DNA of 64,000 nt from Octopus vulgaris (GCA_951406725.2 OX597818.1:132618001-132682000); one strand, 5' to 3'. Shown: positions 12,141 to 26,646, numbered from the stretch's first letter. Notes: generated by a model not told the origin, from the letters alone. Numbers and translations: made by a program.

Positions 12141-12642
12141 GCTGGTGGTGCTCAAGAGATCATATGTTGAAAGAACAGAAGTTGAGAGGTAGAGGTTGCA
12201 ACAAGTTGCTTAAACCACATACCGAAAATTTTAGAAATAGCAGCCAAAAGACTACTATTTCCTTTTTCTACAAAAATAAGTCTCCACAGACAACAATATT
12301 TGTAATTCACATATGGCAAAAAAAAGAAGAAAAATAATGAAATCACAGTCTTCGGTCAATTATGGACGCACGTTTCTGGATTAGAATCGTAAGGTTCATT
12401 TCCTTTATCAACATAATATTCTTCATAAATCTAGAAATGCTAGGAAAACTTACCTCTTATATTTTCGATCAAGCGACATCGAACAATATAAAAGTCAACC
12501 AGCATATCCACATTTACATAGACAAGTGAATTCGTATTTCCCTCCAGAGTTCTATATGCATATGAATCCGTTAACAATGCTTCAATCAGCTGAGGACTAT
12601 CTTAGAAGATTCTTGCCCAATGTACCATACAGTCTTACTGAA

Positions 12643-13028
12643 GTGGAACCGCAATGGCCCAGTGGTTAGGGCAGCGGACTCGCGGTCGTAGGATCGCGGT
12701 TTCGATTCCCAGACCGGGCGTTATGAGTGTTTATTGAGCGAAAACACCTAAAGTTCCACGAGGCTCCGGCAGGGATGGTGGTGATCCCTGCTGTACTCTT
12801 TCACCACAACTTTCTCTCACTCTTACTTCCTGTTTCTGTTGTACCTGTATTTCAAAAGGCCGGTCTTGTCACTCTCTGTGTCACGCTGAATATACCCGAG
12901 AACTACGTTAAGGGTACACGTGTCTGTGGAGTGCTCAGCCACTTACACGTTAATTTCACGAGCAGGCTGTTCCGTTGATTCGAATCAACCGGAACCTTCG
13001 TCGTCGTAACCGACGGAGTGCTTCCACC
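12643..13028 (+). mobile_element. SINE family C, tail type 1, full length with TSD
   Basis: A box TGGCCCAGTGG, B box GTTTCGATTCC; TSD ACAGT(C/T)TTACTGAA at 12629-12642 and 13029-13042; nearly identical to 44309-44696. Confidence 0.9.
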
Positions 13029-13095
13029 ACAGTTTTACTGAACATAAAACCATATGTTTTGAAAGCAAACCTCTTAAGAAGACAACAACACACGT

Positions 13096-13129
<34 letters not shown>

Positions 13130-13481
13130 CAGAGAGTGAGATGGGAGAGAGGGAATGAGAGAGAGAGAGAGTGAGAAAGAGAATAAGAGGAAGTGAAAGA
13201 GAGAGTGAGAGCGAGAGAGGAGTTGATGAAGCAAATAAGTATTTGATATCACAAATGATTAGTGAAGAAGCATGTTGTGAAGATAATTGGGGATTTTCTT
13301 TGTTTTTATTAATAGCCCCCTTGTTTAAGCCTCAAGTTTGTTTAAATAAGTCAATAATCAAAGGCCTTCCAACCATGAGTATCACTACCTATACTGACAA
13401 ACGTGTGATTTTTCTTTCTATTAGAATGGTATGCATGCATATATCTTTCATCTTTTGTCATTCGCTTGTTTCACTCATTAA

Positions 13482-13568
13482 TCATCATCATTCATCATTG
13501 TTCGACCGTGGTCGAGACAATGGAATTTACTATGTTACACCAGACTTCATGGTCCATCATAGCATCAC
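13482..13568 (-). mobile_element. RTE-clade LINE extreme 3' end
   Basis: Minus strand translates DAMMDHEVWCNIVNSIVSTTVEQ* (AM.DR..W...V-type RTE C-terminus), followed by a (GAT)n-like tail. Confidence 0.6.
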
Positions 13569-13629
13569 TCATTAAATCAAAGCCATCCTGGGGCACTTCT
13601 TTGAAGAACGTTTTTTTTTTTTTAACAAA

Positions 13630-13736
13630 TTGATCCCAGTACTTATTCTATCAGTCTCTTTTGCTGAACTGCCATGGTATGAGGAAGTACACATACCAAC
13701 AACGGTTGTGAAGCAGTGATGATTGCCAAACACAAA

Positions 13737-13783
<47 letters not shown>

Positions 13784-13953
13784 ACACATATATGACAGAC
13801 TTTCAGCTTCTGTCTACTGATTTCACTGACAAGGCTTTGGTCAGCCTAAGGTTATAGTAGAAGGCACTGGTCCAACAATGCCATGCAATGATACTGAACC
13901 TGGAACCATGTAGTTGAGAAACAAACTTCTTACCACACAGCTATGCATGTGCC
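13630..13953 (-). mobile_element. SINE family B, diverged copy
   Basis: Degenerate match to family B, including an internal (CA)n tract. Confidence 0.75.
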
Positions 13954-14031
<78 letters not shown>

Positions 14032-15769
14032 TGTTATAATCTTGCTTGTTAAGAAGTATGTTTGAGTGTTAAGCTTTTAACAACTTTAACTATGGAACAA
14101 TAGTGAAAACATAATCAAAATATCTAATGCAATGAAACAAGTTAATGAAAATTTTCGAAGTTACACACCAAAAAATAGAAGTAATAACATGGATAAAACA
14201 TAGAATTTTGTTAGGTCCTGCTAGTATATATTATAGGTACAAGGTAATACATACAGATTTTTGTGGGTAAGGAAACAATTGAACCAAATCTACTTTAGAA
14301 ATCTTGAAAGAATGAAATGCAAAATTCAACCTCACCGCACTTTGATCTTAGAATGTACAGAGAACAAGCAAAACGCCAATAAACAGTCAATCCTTTTGCC
14401 ATACCAATTCTGCTATTTACTTCTTTATTAAAGGATATGTTACTAATAATAATCTCTTTGATAAGTTTAAGGTCATCACTTCAAGGACAAGCCAGTATTT
14501 TATTTAATTTTCCCCAAAAGTATGTAAGGCAAAGATGACAGCTGTGGGATTTGAACTCAGAAAATATGAAAACGATATAACTACATACCAGAAGGCATCT
14601 AATCCTTCGCTTTACTGATTCTGCCAGTTACCGCCCTACTAAGTGATATAATAGCAAAACTAAGAAGGAGGACATAGTAAGGATATAAAGAAAGTGAAAG
14701 TAGTAGAATAGGATAAAGGAGGTGGCTGTGTAAGGGGATTGGTGAGAGGTATGAATATAAGAAGCTAGAAGGGAGGTGGGCACAAAGTCAGGTAAATAGG
14801 AAAGGGAGAGGGGAACTGGTCAGGCATGCAGAAAGGTAGTTAGGTGGGTTGGGGAGTGGACAGGCAGGTCAGAAGTGGGGGTAGGGGTGGGATTTGAGAA
14901 AGGGGGAAAAAAGTGGGAGGAGGGTAGCAGTGAGAGCAAACAGCTTGAACAGGAAAGGCGATTGTGGTGGAGATAGGAGATGTGCATGCGTTGCAAGTGA
15001 TGGTGGCGGTGAAGGGGGGGTGGCGGTGAAGGGGGGTGGTGTTGGTAGGGGACTGGAGGCAGAGGATTAAAGCAATGAATAATGTAGTCAGGGTGTGGTG
15101 TAGTGGAATGGACTAAGAAACAGAGGTGGTGGGGACGGTGAGGGTGGGGGAGGAGGTGACAGTAAAAGAGGAGGAAGAAGAGGAAATAAGGGAAACAAGG
15201 AAATGTACTGAGACGGGGGGGGGGGGTAAAGGGAGTGAAAGGAGTAGAAAGTGAAAGTAGAGTAGAAGAAAGGGGGAGAATGATAATGAGGAAAGATAGG
15301 AAGGGAAAGAGGAAAAGGGGGAAAAAAAAGGGGACAGAAATAGGAAGAAGGAGTGGAGATGAAGTAGAAGAAGAAGAAGAAGAAGAAGAAGAAGAGAAAG
15401 GAGTAGGAGGAGGAAGAGAATGTGAATGAAGTTAGTATTTGGTGATCTAAGAGAAGTGGTGACTTATGAACAGGGATAGGAAGAGGAGAGGCAATTGCAG
15501 CAGCAATGGGAGATATAATGAAAGAACATATGATGTATATGTTGATTAGCAGGGACTGATACAGTAACATTACTATAGGAGAGATTGTATAAAAATAGGG
15601 GGGTGGAGAGTGTTATATAAGGACAGAAGGAAAGAGGGCCAGCGAGGGAAAGTGAGAGAAAGAGAGAGGGAGAGATAGAGAGAGAGAGAGAGAGTAAGAG
15701 AGATAGAGAGACAGAAAGAGGGAGGGGATAAGAATCAGAGTAGGATGGCTGGGTGGGTGGATGGTTGGG

Positions 15770-15844
<75 letters not shown>

Positions 15845-16113
15845 ATAGATAGATGGATAGATGGATGGATAGATGGATGGATGGCTAGATGGATGGATAG
15901 TTGGATGGATAGATAGATGTAGTGTGACTGAAAGACAATGAAAAGTGTGTAGGGACATTGAAGGTGGGAGAATGTGAGGAAGAGAGAGAGAGAGAGAGAG
16001 AAAGGGAGAGAGAGCACAGAATAGAAAGAGATGAAAGAATAAGAAAGAAACTTGAAAGTTTGAAAGATGAAAGGCAAGAAAAAGCAGAACAGGTGAAAGA
16101 GAAAGAGTGAGAG

Positions 16114-16146
<33 letters not shown>

Positions 16147-16319
16147 TGAAAAGGAAGAGAAAAGAGTAAGAAAGACAAAAAGAACAGAGGATGGGGAAAA
16201 AACACCAAAGAAAATGAAAAAAAGGAAGAACAATGAAGGAAAGAAAGAGAATAAAGAAACATTAAAATGAAGAAAAGAAAGGGAATGAGTGAATGTGCAG
16301 GTTGATTTATGAGGGACAT

Positions 16320-17000
16320 GGTGGTGGTGGTGGTGATGGTGGTGGGGGGTGATGGTAGTGCTGGTTTTGGTGCCAGTGGTGGTGGTGGTGGTGGCGGTGG
16401 CAGCGGTGGTTGTAGTGGTGGTGGTGGTGGTGGTGGTGGCAGCGGTGGTGATGGTGGTGGTGGTGGTGGTGGTGATGGTGGTGGGGGGTGATGGTAGTGC
16501 TGGTTTTGGTGCCAGTGGTGGTGGTGGTGGTGGCGGTGGCAGCGGTGGTTGTAGTGGTGGTGGTGGTGGTGGTGGTGGTGGTGATGGTGGTGGTGGTGGT
16601 GGTGGTGGTGGTGGTGGTGGTGGGGGTGATGGTGAGTGCTGGTTTTGGTGCCAGTGGTGGTGGTGGTGGTGGCGGTGGCAGCGGTGGTTGTAGTGGTGGT
16701 GGTGGTGGTGGCGGTGGCTGCGGTGGTGATGGTGGTGGTGGTGGTGGTGGTGATGGTGATGGTGGTGGTGGTTGTGGTGGTTCTAGTGGTGATGGTGGTG
16801 GTAGTGGTTGTAGTGGTGGTGGTGGTGGTGGTGGTGGTGGTGGTGGTGGTGGTGGTGGTGGTGGTGGTGGTGGTGGTTGTAGTGGTGGTGGTGGTGGTAT
16901 GGAAGTGGCAGAGGTGGTTGGTTCTCTTCATGGTGATGATGGTGGTTGCGACAGGAGGAGCGTGCTAGTGGTGGTGGTGGTGGTGAAAGAAATGATGGTG
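16320..17000. repeat. (GGT)n field with a ~139 bp higher-order repeat (3 copies)
   Basis: GGGGGTGATGGT(G)AGTGCTGGTTTTGGTGCCAGTGG recurs at ~16345, 16484 and 16622. Confidence 0.9.
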
Positions 17001-17748
17001 TTGGTGGTAGCAGGGAGATTATGAAGATGGACTGATGGCAGTGGTGGTGATGGTATTGATGGTGGTGGTGGTTGTGGTGGTGGTGGTGGTGGTGGTAGCA
17101 GTGAGTCTGTAGTTGAGAGATGGAGGTGGTGTTGGATTCATGATCTTGGTGGCGCTGATAGAGATAGGCATGTAACTGGTAGTGATGATGATGATGTATC
17201 AAGAATGGTTGTGATGGTGGTGGTGGTGGTAGAGATGAGATAATGGTGATTGCAGATGTGATGTTGAGATACAAGTGTTCACGTAGCATTAGTGGTGGTA
17301 AAATAGCAAAAATAGTTTTAGTATAAGAGCAGGAGTGTTAAAAATTGTAGCAGCATCAGAAATAGAACTAGAATAGGGAACTTAGTACCGATGGCAAGCT
17401 AGTACAGGTAGTCGCAGTGTAGTGGTCAGACTATATATTCCTGTATTTGTGACACAGTGATAGCATTGTTCTTTAGTCCAGGTAGACCTCAGCCTTTGGC
17501 AAGTCAACTGACCAAAAACAGCACCAGGGGGCAAGTGTCTTCTTACCAAAGCCTTGCTGTGAGTAGATTTGGTAGACAAAAGCAGAAAAATGCCTGTCCT
17601 ATATCATCATCATCATCATCATCATCATTTAACGTCTGCTTTCCATGCTAGCATGGGTTGGACGGTTCAACTGGGGTCTGGGGGAGCCCGAAAGCTGCAC
17701 CAGTCCAGTCAGGTATATATATATATATATATATATGTACATGTATGC

Positions 17749-17796
<48 letters not shown>

Positions 17797-17802
17797 TTAT
17801 AC

Positions 17803-17837
<35 letters not shown>

Positions 17838-17842
17838 CATAC

Positions 17843-17895
<53 letters not shown>

Positions 17896-18281
17896 CTCAG
17901 GGGCAAATGCACAGAGGAGGGTGTCTGAGGGGTACATGCATCCCTCAAGAAAAGAAGTGCACCCTTCTAAATTCTTGGGACCACACCTGTATATATATAT
18001 ATATATGTATCATCATCATCATCATCATTGTTTAACATCTGCCTTCCATGCTATATATATATACACAGTTGTTTGTACAGTGACTACAAATTTTACTAAA
18101 TAAAATTAGTAATAAGTTAGAATTTCTTTTGTGCTTTCAACTAATCTGACCACCATCATACTCACTATCAACTTTTTTTCCGAAAACAAGTTTGGGTGTG
18201 GGGAATAAATTATCTTTACAATTTAAAGTTTGAAAGTATGAAACTTGTAAAGACAGTATATATATATATATAAATATATAT

Positions 18282-18684
18282 ACTCTTTTACTCTTTTGCT
18301 TGTTTCAGTCATTTGACTGCAGCCATGCTGGAGCACCACCTTTTAGTCGAGCAAATCGACCCCGGGACTTATTCTTTGTAAGCCCAGTACTTATTCTATC
18401 CGTCTCTTTTGTCGAACCGCTAAGTGACGGGGATGTAAAAACACCAGCATCGGTTGTCAAGCAATGCTAGGGGAACAAACACAGACACACAAACACACAC
18501 ATACATATATATATATATATACGACAGGCTTCTTTCAGTTTCTGTCTACCAAATCCACTCACAAGGCATTGGTCGGCCCGGGGCTATAGCAGAAGACACT
18601 TGCCCAAGATGCCACGCAGTGGGACTGAACCCGGAACCATGTGGTTGGTTAGCAAGCTACTTACCACACAGCCACTTCTGCGCC
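18282..18684 (-). mobile_element. SINE family B, full length
   Basis: Reverse complement of the 4013-4420 family. Confidence 0.9.
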
Positions 18685-18787
18685 TATATATATATATATT
18701 TATATATATATTTATATATATATTCATATATATATATATATTTATATATATATTTATATATATATTTATATATATATTCATATATAC

Positions 18788-18854
<67 letters not shown>

Positions 18855-19220
18855 TTATACATATGTATATATATATATATTTATATTTATGCATATATAT
18901 ATGTATATATATATATATATATATACATACACAAATATATATATGAACCTGTGTGTGTGTCTACATGTCTGTGTTCCTCCCACTGCCACCACACCAATGG
19001 ACAACCAATGTTCATTTGTTCACATCTCTATGATTTAGCAATTCAGCAAAAGAGACTGATAGAATAACTACCAAGCTTAGAAAAGAAAATATGTACTGGG
19101 GTCGATTTATTCAACTAAAAGTTCTTCAGGGCAGTGACCCCGCATGGCCGCACCTTAATGACAGTGTCATGTAGAAGACATAAGAAATAAGTGTAGCTGG
19201 GATATTATACTCTTTTTGAC

Positions 19221-19892
19221 CAGTGGTTCTCAACCAGGGTGGATATAGTCATTGGGGGTCCCCATTAGATCTTGTTAAAATTTATGTGCAATAAATTATT
19301 TATGCTTCAACAATAGGCGCAGAAGTGGCTGTGTGGTAAGTAGCTTGCTAACCAACCACATGGTTCCGGGTTCAGTCCCACTGCGTGGCATCTTGGGCAA
19401 GTGTCTTCTGCTATAGCCCCGGGCCGACCAATGCCTTGTGAGTGGATTTGGTAGACGGAAACTGAAAAGAAGCCTGTCGTATATATGTATATATATATGT
19501 GTGTGTGTATATGTTTGTGTGTCGGTGTTTGTCCCCCTAGCATTGCTTGACAACTGATGCTGGTGTGTTTACGTCCCCGTCACTTAGCGGTTCGGCAAAA
19601 GAGACCGATAGTATAAGTACTGGGCTTACAAAGAATAAGTCCCGGGGTCGATTTGCTCGACTAAAGGCGGTGCTCCAGCATGGCCACAGTCAAATGACTG
19701 AAACAAGTAAAAGAGTAAAAGTGAGTGAAGAGTAATACATAAAATATTTTAAGAAACTTTTAAAAAATTCCTAAAAATATTTCATTGTAAAAATGTAATT
19801 TGATTTTTTTTAACACCAATTGTCTATTAGGGTCCGACCAAGTAAAACAGAATCAAAGTAGTCCATAGGTAAAAAATGGTTGAGAACAACTG
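19221..19892. mobile_element. hAT-type MITE with nested SINE
   Basis: 15 bp TIRs CAGTGGTTCTCAACC / GGTTGAGAACAACTG (14/15 match); 8 bp flanks TTTTTGAC and TTGAGGAC look like a decayed TSD. Confidence 0.7.
19316..19733 (+). mobile_element. SINE family B, full length, inserted in the MITE
   Basis: Complete family B sequence from GGCGCAGAAGTGGCTGTGTGG to the GTAAAAGA tail. Confidence 0.9.
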
Positions 19893-20078
19893 TTGAGGAC
19901 TCTGAAACACAATCTAAGGGAGGGTCTGAGTATTATTTCTAGCTAATCAAGAGACCAGGTAGAGGTAGTTGATTATGATAGTGTTCATAGTGTGAAAGGA
20001 AAGGGTTTCATCGCAGATGGTGGAGCTGTTTATCTTGGTGGTAGTGAAAGTAGTGGTGGTTGTAATGGTTGTAGTGTT

Positions 20079-20172
<94 letters not shown>

Positions 20173-20174
<2 letters not shown>

Positions 20175-20581
20175 CGCAGGAGTGGCTGTGTGGTAACTAG
20201 CTTTCTTACTAACCACAGGGTTCCAGGTTCAGTCCCACTGCGTGGCACCTTGGGCAAGTGTCTTCTACTATAGCCTTGTGCTGACCAAAGCCTTGTGAGT
20301 GGATTTGGGAGACGGAAACTGAAAGAAGCCCATCGTATATATGTAAATATATATATATGTGTGTATGTATGTTTGTGTGTCTGTGTTTGTCCCCCTAGCA
20401 TTGCTTGACAACCGATGCTGGTGTGTTTATGTCCTCATTACTTAGCGGTTCGGCAAATGAGACCGATAAAATAAGTACTGGGCTTACAAAAGAATAAGTC
20501 CTGGGGTCGAGTTGCTCGATTAAAGGCGGTGCTCCAGCATGGCCGCAGTCAAATGACTGAAACAAGTAGAAGAGTAAAAGT
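20173..20581 (+). mobile_element. SINE family B, full length
   Basis: Family B sequence lying in a (TA)n tract. Confidence 0.9.
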
Positions 20582-20601
20582 GTATATATACATATATATA
20601 T

Positions 20602-20728
<127 letters not shown>

Positions 20729-20777
20729 GTATATATATTTATGTGTGTGTGTATGTATATATATATGTGTGTGTGTA

Positions 20778-20867
<90 letters not shown>

Positions 20868-21204
20868 GTATGTATGTATGCTTGTGTGCGATTGTGTTTG
20901 TCCCTTACCACAATCGCCTGACAACCGATGGTGGTGTGTTAATGCCCTTGTAACTTAGTGATTCGGCAAAAGAGACCAATAGAATAAGTAATAGACTTAC
21001 AAAAAATAAGTCCTGGGGCCAGCATGGCCACAGTCAAATGACTGAAACGAGTAAAAGAATATTATTATTATATGTGTGTATAAAAATTATATTAATGCTG
21101 ACCACTGGTAAAAATTAATATTTATTTTTTACCCTATACTTTTAGATTTATATATATATATATACACACACATATGTATATACATGCATATGTATGTATA
21201 TGTA

Positions 21205-21245
<41 letters not shown>

Positions 21246-21503
21246 TACAAATTAGTAAATAAATGGCACAACTAAGTACCGATATTTACTGGAAATAGCG
21301 AACGTAAAAATACGGGCTACTTTTTACTGGAAAGCAATACTTTGTATTGCATTACTGATATATAAATATATATATATATATTTAAATATGTATGTATATA
21401 TATATACATTGGGCTGCTCGCTTAGCCAGCGTGGTGGTGTCATTTGAAGGCTAAAACAATGCGAAGCAATGTGTAGCAGCATCTGATAGCCTGGTCAGTC
21501 ACA

Positions 21504-21540
<37 letters not shown>

Positions 21541-21886
21541 TATCACTGTTGTATCACCAGTCCATCAGATATGGTTAAACACTGCTGGTCATAATGCAAT
21601 TCCTGACATTGTCGTTGCTTTGAAATAATGACATCTGCCAGTTTGTGCAGGTTATTTGCTTATATATATATATATATATATATATATAGCAACATCAAAT
21701 TCCCTTATCCACCAAATGCCACATATCAGAGGAGGCTCTCAATAATAACAGTGTAACAAATCAGCGGTACCCCAGCATGAACACAGTTTTGAGCTAAAGC
21801 TAATAAAACAAAAAAACAATATATATATATATATATATATACAGAAATGTACTTGCATAGCAAGTGACTTGATATGTATATATACA

Positions 21887-21935
<49 letters not shown>

Positions 21936-22197
21936 TGAGATAGGGGTTTCAAATTCAACTCTCCATGGGATAACATATATCCAATATACTGCTAGTGAAG
22001 TACCCAACAAAGTTAATGATTTAAATGATAAATGATTTAGATGTATTTCTCCATTTTCTTATTTTGTATATATATATATATATATATTCACACACATACG
22101 CACACATACATAGACACTGACACCCACTCACACACATTATATATGTGTATATATATATATATATGTTTATATATATGTATATATGTATATTTACACG

Positions 22198-22235
<38 letters not shown>

Positions 22236-22552
22236 CATATATATATATACAGTTTTGGTGAAAAGTTTGAAACGTACATTTGAAAATTAGCATTTTAATA
22301 TTAAATCCCCAAAGTTATATTTGAATCAAATTGTACCTGGGCATAACGATTCTAATTTTTAAACAAATGTTCCAAAGTTTTGGACACAAATGTGTGTGTA
22401 TGTATATATATATTCATGTACACGTGTTAATGTATATATGTTAATATATATATATATACATACATGTACATAAATATACATGTATATATATAAATATATA
22501 TATATATACATGAACAGACATATATATATATATATTTGCATGTACATTTATG

Positions 22553-22599
<47 letters not shown>

Positions 22600-22646
22600 T
22601 TATACATGTATATCAATGCATATATATAGATACATCCATGTACTTG

Positions 22647-22778
<132 letters not shown>

Positions 22779-22970
22779 CGGAGAGGCACAAGCACCTACA
22801 CGCACATATACACACACGGCAGTAACTTCCGCCTGCCGAATTCAATCACAAAGCATCGATCGGCTAGGGGCTATAGCAGAAGACACGTACCCAAAGTGCC
22901 ACGCAGTGGGACTGAACCCGAAACCATGTAGCTAGGAAGCAAGCTCCCTAACCACACAGCCATGCCCGCG

Positions 22971-23030
<60 letters not shown>

Positions 23031-23116
23031 CTTATGCTATCACTCACACAGACACACACTCACATACACATACACACAGATTTAGGAAGTTTGTGCAGAT
23101 GTAGTAGTGTGTGTAT

Positions 23117-23171
<55 letters not shown>

Positions 23172-23949
23172 CATAATACAATGGTAGTGTTGATAGTCTT
23201 TCAGTCATGTTGATGTTAATGATGATGATGATGATGATGAAGGCAGTATTAGCATTACACTAAAAAAAAAAAAAAAAACCGAATGGGAGAATGAAGAGAA
23301 CAATTAAAATTAATGTTGTTCTTTTCCTTCTTTCTTCACCCTTTCCCTTTTCTCCTACTCTGTTTCTATATTGCTGTGCATTAGGTGTAAAGAAATGCTG
23401 TAATACTGACACAACTTGACTTTCTGAGGTCTTAGAGTGGCGTGACTGAGGTCATTTAGCCACAGGCCAGCTCTGATCATGAGGTTATGTGGTACCCAAA
23501 AAAAAAAACAAAAAAAAAACCCTCCCATGACCATCTCATCATTTTTGGGGATTTGAGAAATTTTTTTTTACCTCCAGTTTGTCTTAGAACACTTAGGTGC
23601 GTTATATAAGTGATTTAACTTCTATTTCTAGCTAGTTGACCGGATGCCACATAGCGTAATCCCTCATGCAACTGATGTATCTTGTAGTGGTGGTAGTGGT
23701 GGTGGTATTTAGATGTTTCTAGCGATGTTGGTGATGGGGCGGTTCTGGCGATGGTGGTGTGGTGGTGGTGGTGGTGGTGGTGGTGGTTGCTATGGTTATG
23801 GTTGCTGTTGTGGTGACAACAGTTATGGTAGCAGTGGTAGTGGTAATTTTAGTTGTGTTGGTGGTGGTGGTGGTGCTAGTGGTGGAAGTGGTGGTCATGT
23901 TGGTCAAAGTGATGGTGGGGGTCGTGGTCATAGAGGTGATGGTAGACTA

Positions 23950-25090
23950 AAGCATATTATATAAGTGATTTGGCTGCTATTTTCAGCAGTAGGTTGACCA
24001 ACTGACTACAAAGGATATCTTTCATGTGGCTAATGTTTATTGTGGTGGTTGTAGTGGTGGTGGTGATGGTTATGGTTATGCGGTTGTGGTAGTGGTAGTG
24101 CTGGTGGTGCTGGTGATTGTAGGGCAGGGCATGTTGCATAAGTGATTTGGCTGCTATATTTAGCAGGGTGACCACCTGACCACATAGGTGATCACTCATG
24201 AGGATGATGTTTGTTGTGGCGGCAGTGGTGGTGGTGGTGGTAGTTGTGGCGGTTTGCTAGTGGTGGTAGTGGTGATGGTAGTAGTGGTTATAGTGGTGGT
24301 GGTAGTGGTGGTTATGGTTATGGTTATGGTGGGGACATTGGTTATAGTGCCAGTGATAGTGGTAAGCTGTTGTGACAATGGTATTGATGATGGTGGTGGT
24401 GGTGGTGGTGGTGATGTTAGTGGTGGTAGTGGTGATGTTGGTAGTTGTGGTGGTGGTCGTGTGATAGTTGTGGTAGCCGTAGAGGTGATGGTAAGGCAGA
24501 GTTGTTATATAAGTGATTTGGCTGCTATTTTTAGTAGCAGGATGACCAACTGACTTCAAACGGGTTCCCTCACATATTTGATGGATCTTGTTGTGGTGGT
24601 GGTGGTAGTGGCGGTGGTGGTGGTTGTGGTGGTGACGGTGGTGGTGATGACGGTGCTCATGGTGATGGTATTGTTTATGGGGGCGACAAGCTGGCAGAAT
24701 CGTTAGCATGCCGGACGAAATGCTTAGCAGTATTTCGTCTGCCGTTATGTTCTGAGTTCAAATTCCGCCGAGGTTGACTTTGCCTTTCATCCTTTCGGGT
24801 CGATTAAATAAGTACTGTTACGCACTGGGGTCGATGTAATCGAATTAATACGTAAGTCTGTCCTTGTTTGTCCCCTCTGTGTTTAGCCCCTTGTGGGTAA
24901 TAAAGAAATAGGTATTGTTTATGTGGTGGTTGCAGCAATAGTGATAATGGTAATAGTTGTTGTTGTTGTTGTAGCTGGTGGTGGTGGTGGTGGTGGTGGC
25001 GTTGGTGGTAATGGTAGAGTAGGGCGTGTTGTACAAACTGATTTGGCTGCTATTTTTTGCAGGGTGAACAACTGACCACATAGGTGGTCC
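23950..25090 (+). repeat. Four copies of a ~55 bp motif separated by (GGT)-rich spacers
   Basis: TGATTTGGCTGCTATTTT..GCAGG.TGA.CA.CTGAC at ~23962, 24138, 24510 and 25039. Confidence 0.85.
24681..24913 (+). mobile_element. SINE family A, full length
   Basis: Matches 4983-5212. Confidence 0.9.
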
Positions 25091-25306
25091 TTCCTTAGGC
25101 TGATGTACCATGTGGTGGTGGTGGTGGCGGCGCCGGCGGCGGTGGTGGTGGTGGTGGTGGTGGTGGTGGTGGTGGTGGTGAGGTTGTGATGGTGTTGGAT
25201 GGAGATAGTAGTTTTGATGTTGGCATTGATTTTTGATAGAAAAGGCAGTAGTGTTTAGTGGTACTGCGAAAGTTTGTGGAGGAGATGGTGGTAGTATTGG
25301 AATGTT

Positions 25307-25342
<36 letters not shown>

Positions 25343-25434
25343 GAGACAATGAAATAAGAGGGAGGGGTTTGAGAAACAGAGGAGTCTATATAGATGGCTT
25401 GATAGATAAATAGATACATAGATTGATAGATATA

Positions 25435-25561
<127 letters not shown>

Positions 25562-25620
25562 GGCGGTGCCCCAGCATGGCCACAGCTCATGAGCTGAAAC
25601 TGGAATCAATCAATCAATCA

Positions 25621-25654
<34 letters not shown>

Positions 25655-25789
25655 CATCATCATCATCATCATTTAGCGTCCGTTTTCCATGCTAGCATGG
25701 GTTGGACGGTTCAACTGGGGTCTGGGGAGCCCGAAGGCTGCACCAGGCCAGTCAGATCTGGCAGTGTTTCTACAGATTTGACTGGCCTG

Positions 25790-25829
<40 letters not shown>

Positions 25830-26037
25830 GTTTCCCTACAGCTGCTTGACAACCGGGGTCGGTTTGTTTATGGACCTGTAACTTACTAGTTCAGCAAAAG
25901 AGACTGATAAAATGAGTAGTAGGCTTTAAAAAACAGAACAAAGTTCTGGGTTCAATTTGTTCGACCAAAATTTCTTCAAGGTGGTGCCACAGCATGGCCA
26001 CAGTCAGAAACAACTAAAATATATATGTGTGTGTGTG

Positions 26038-26086
<49 letters not shown>

Positions 26087-26171
26087 GTATAAATATGTGT
26101 ATTTTTTTTTTTTTTTTTTTTTGTACTTGTTTCAGTCATTTGACTGCGGCCATGCTGGAGCACCGCCTTTA

Positions 26172-26336
26172 GAGTGGTGAAAGAGTACAGCAGGGATCAC
26201 CACCTCCTGCCGGAGCCTCGTGGAGCTTTTAGGTGTTTTTTGCTCAATAAACACACACAACGCCCGGTCTGGGAATCGAAACCGCGATCCTCCGACCGCA
26301 AGTCCGCTGCCCTAACCACTAGGCCATTGCGCCTCC
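26172..26336 (-). mobile_element. SINE family C, 5' half
   Basis: tRNA-like head and body, truncated at the 3' end. Confidence 0.85.
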
Positions 26337-26375
26337 TATGTATATATTTATATATATGTGTGTATGTATATATGT

Positions 26376-26420
<45 letters not shown>

Positions 26421-26470
26421 TATATATATATATGCATATATATATATGTCCATATATATATATGTATATT

Positions 26471-26503
<33 letters not shown>

Positions 26504-26646
26504 TCATATACATATATATATATACATATATATAGATACATGTATATATACATATACACATAGATATCTATATATAAGTATATATATATATTATATATAT
26601 ACATATGTGTGTGTGTGTGTATATATGTGTATGTATATATGTGTGT

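Noticed and set aside
12643-12720. tRNA gene
   Set aside because: It has A and B boxes but no closed acceptor stem, continues into a SINE body and has TSDs, so it is a SINE head. The same holds for the other heads.
15885-17289. Poly-Pro/His/Thr/Gly/Val ORFs resembling extensins or glycine-rich proteins
   Set aside because: (GGT)n is stop-free in all frames, and the 139 bp repeat period is not a multiple of three.
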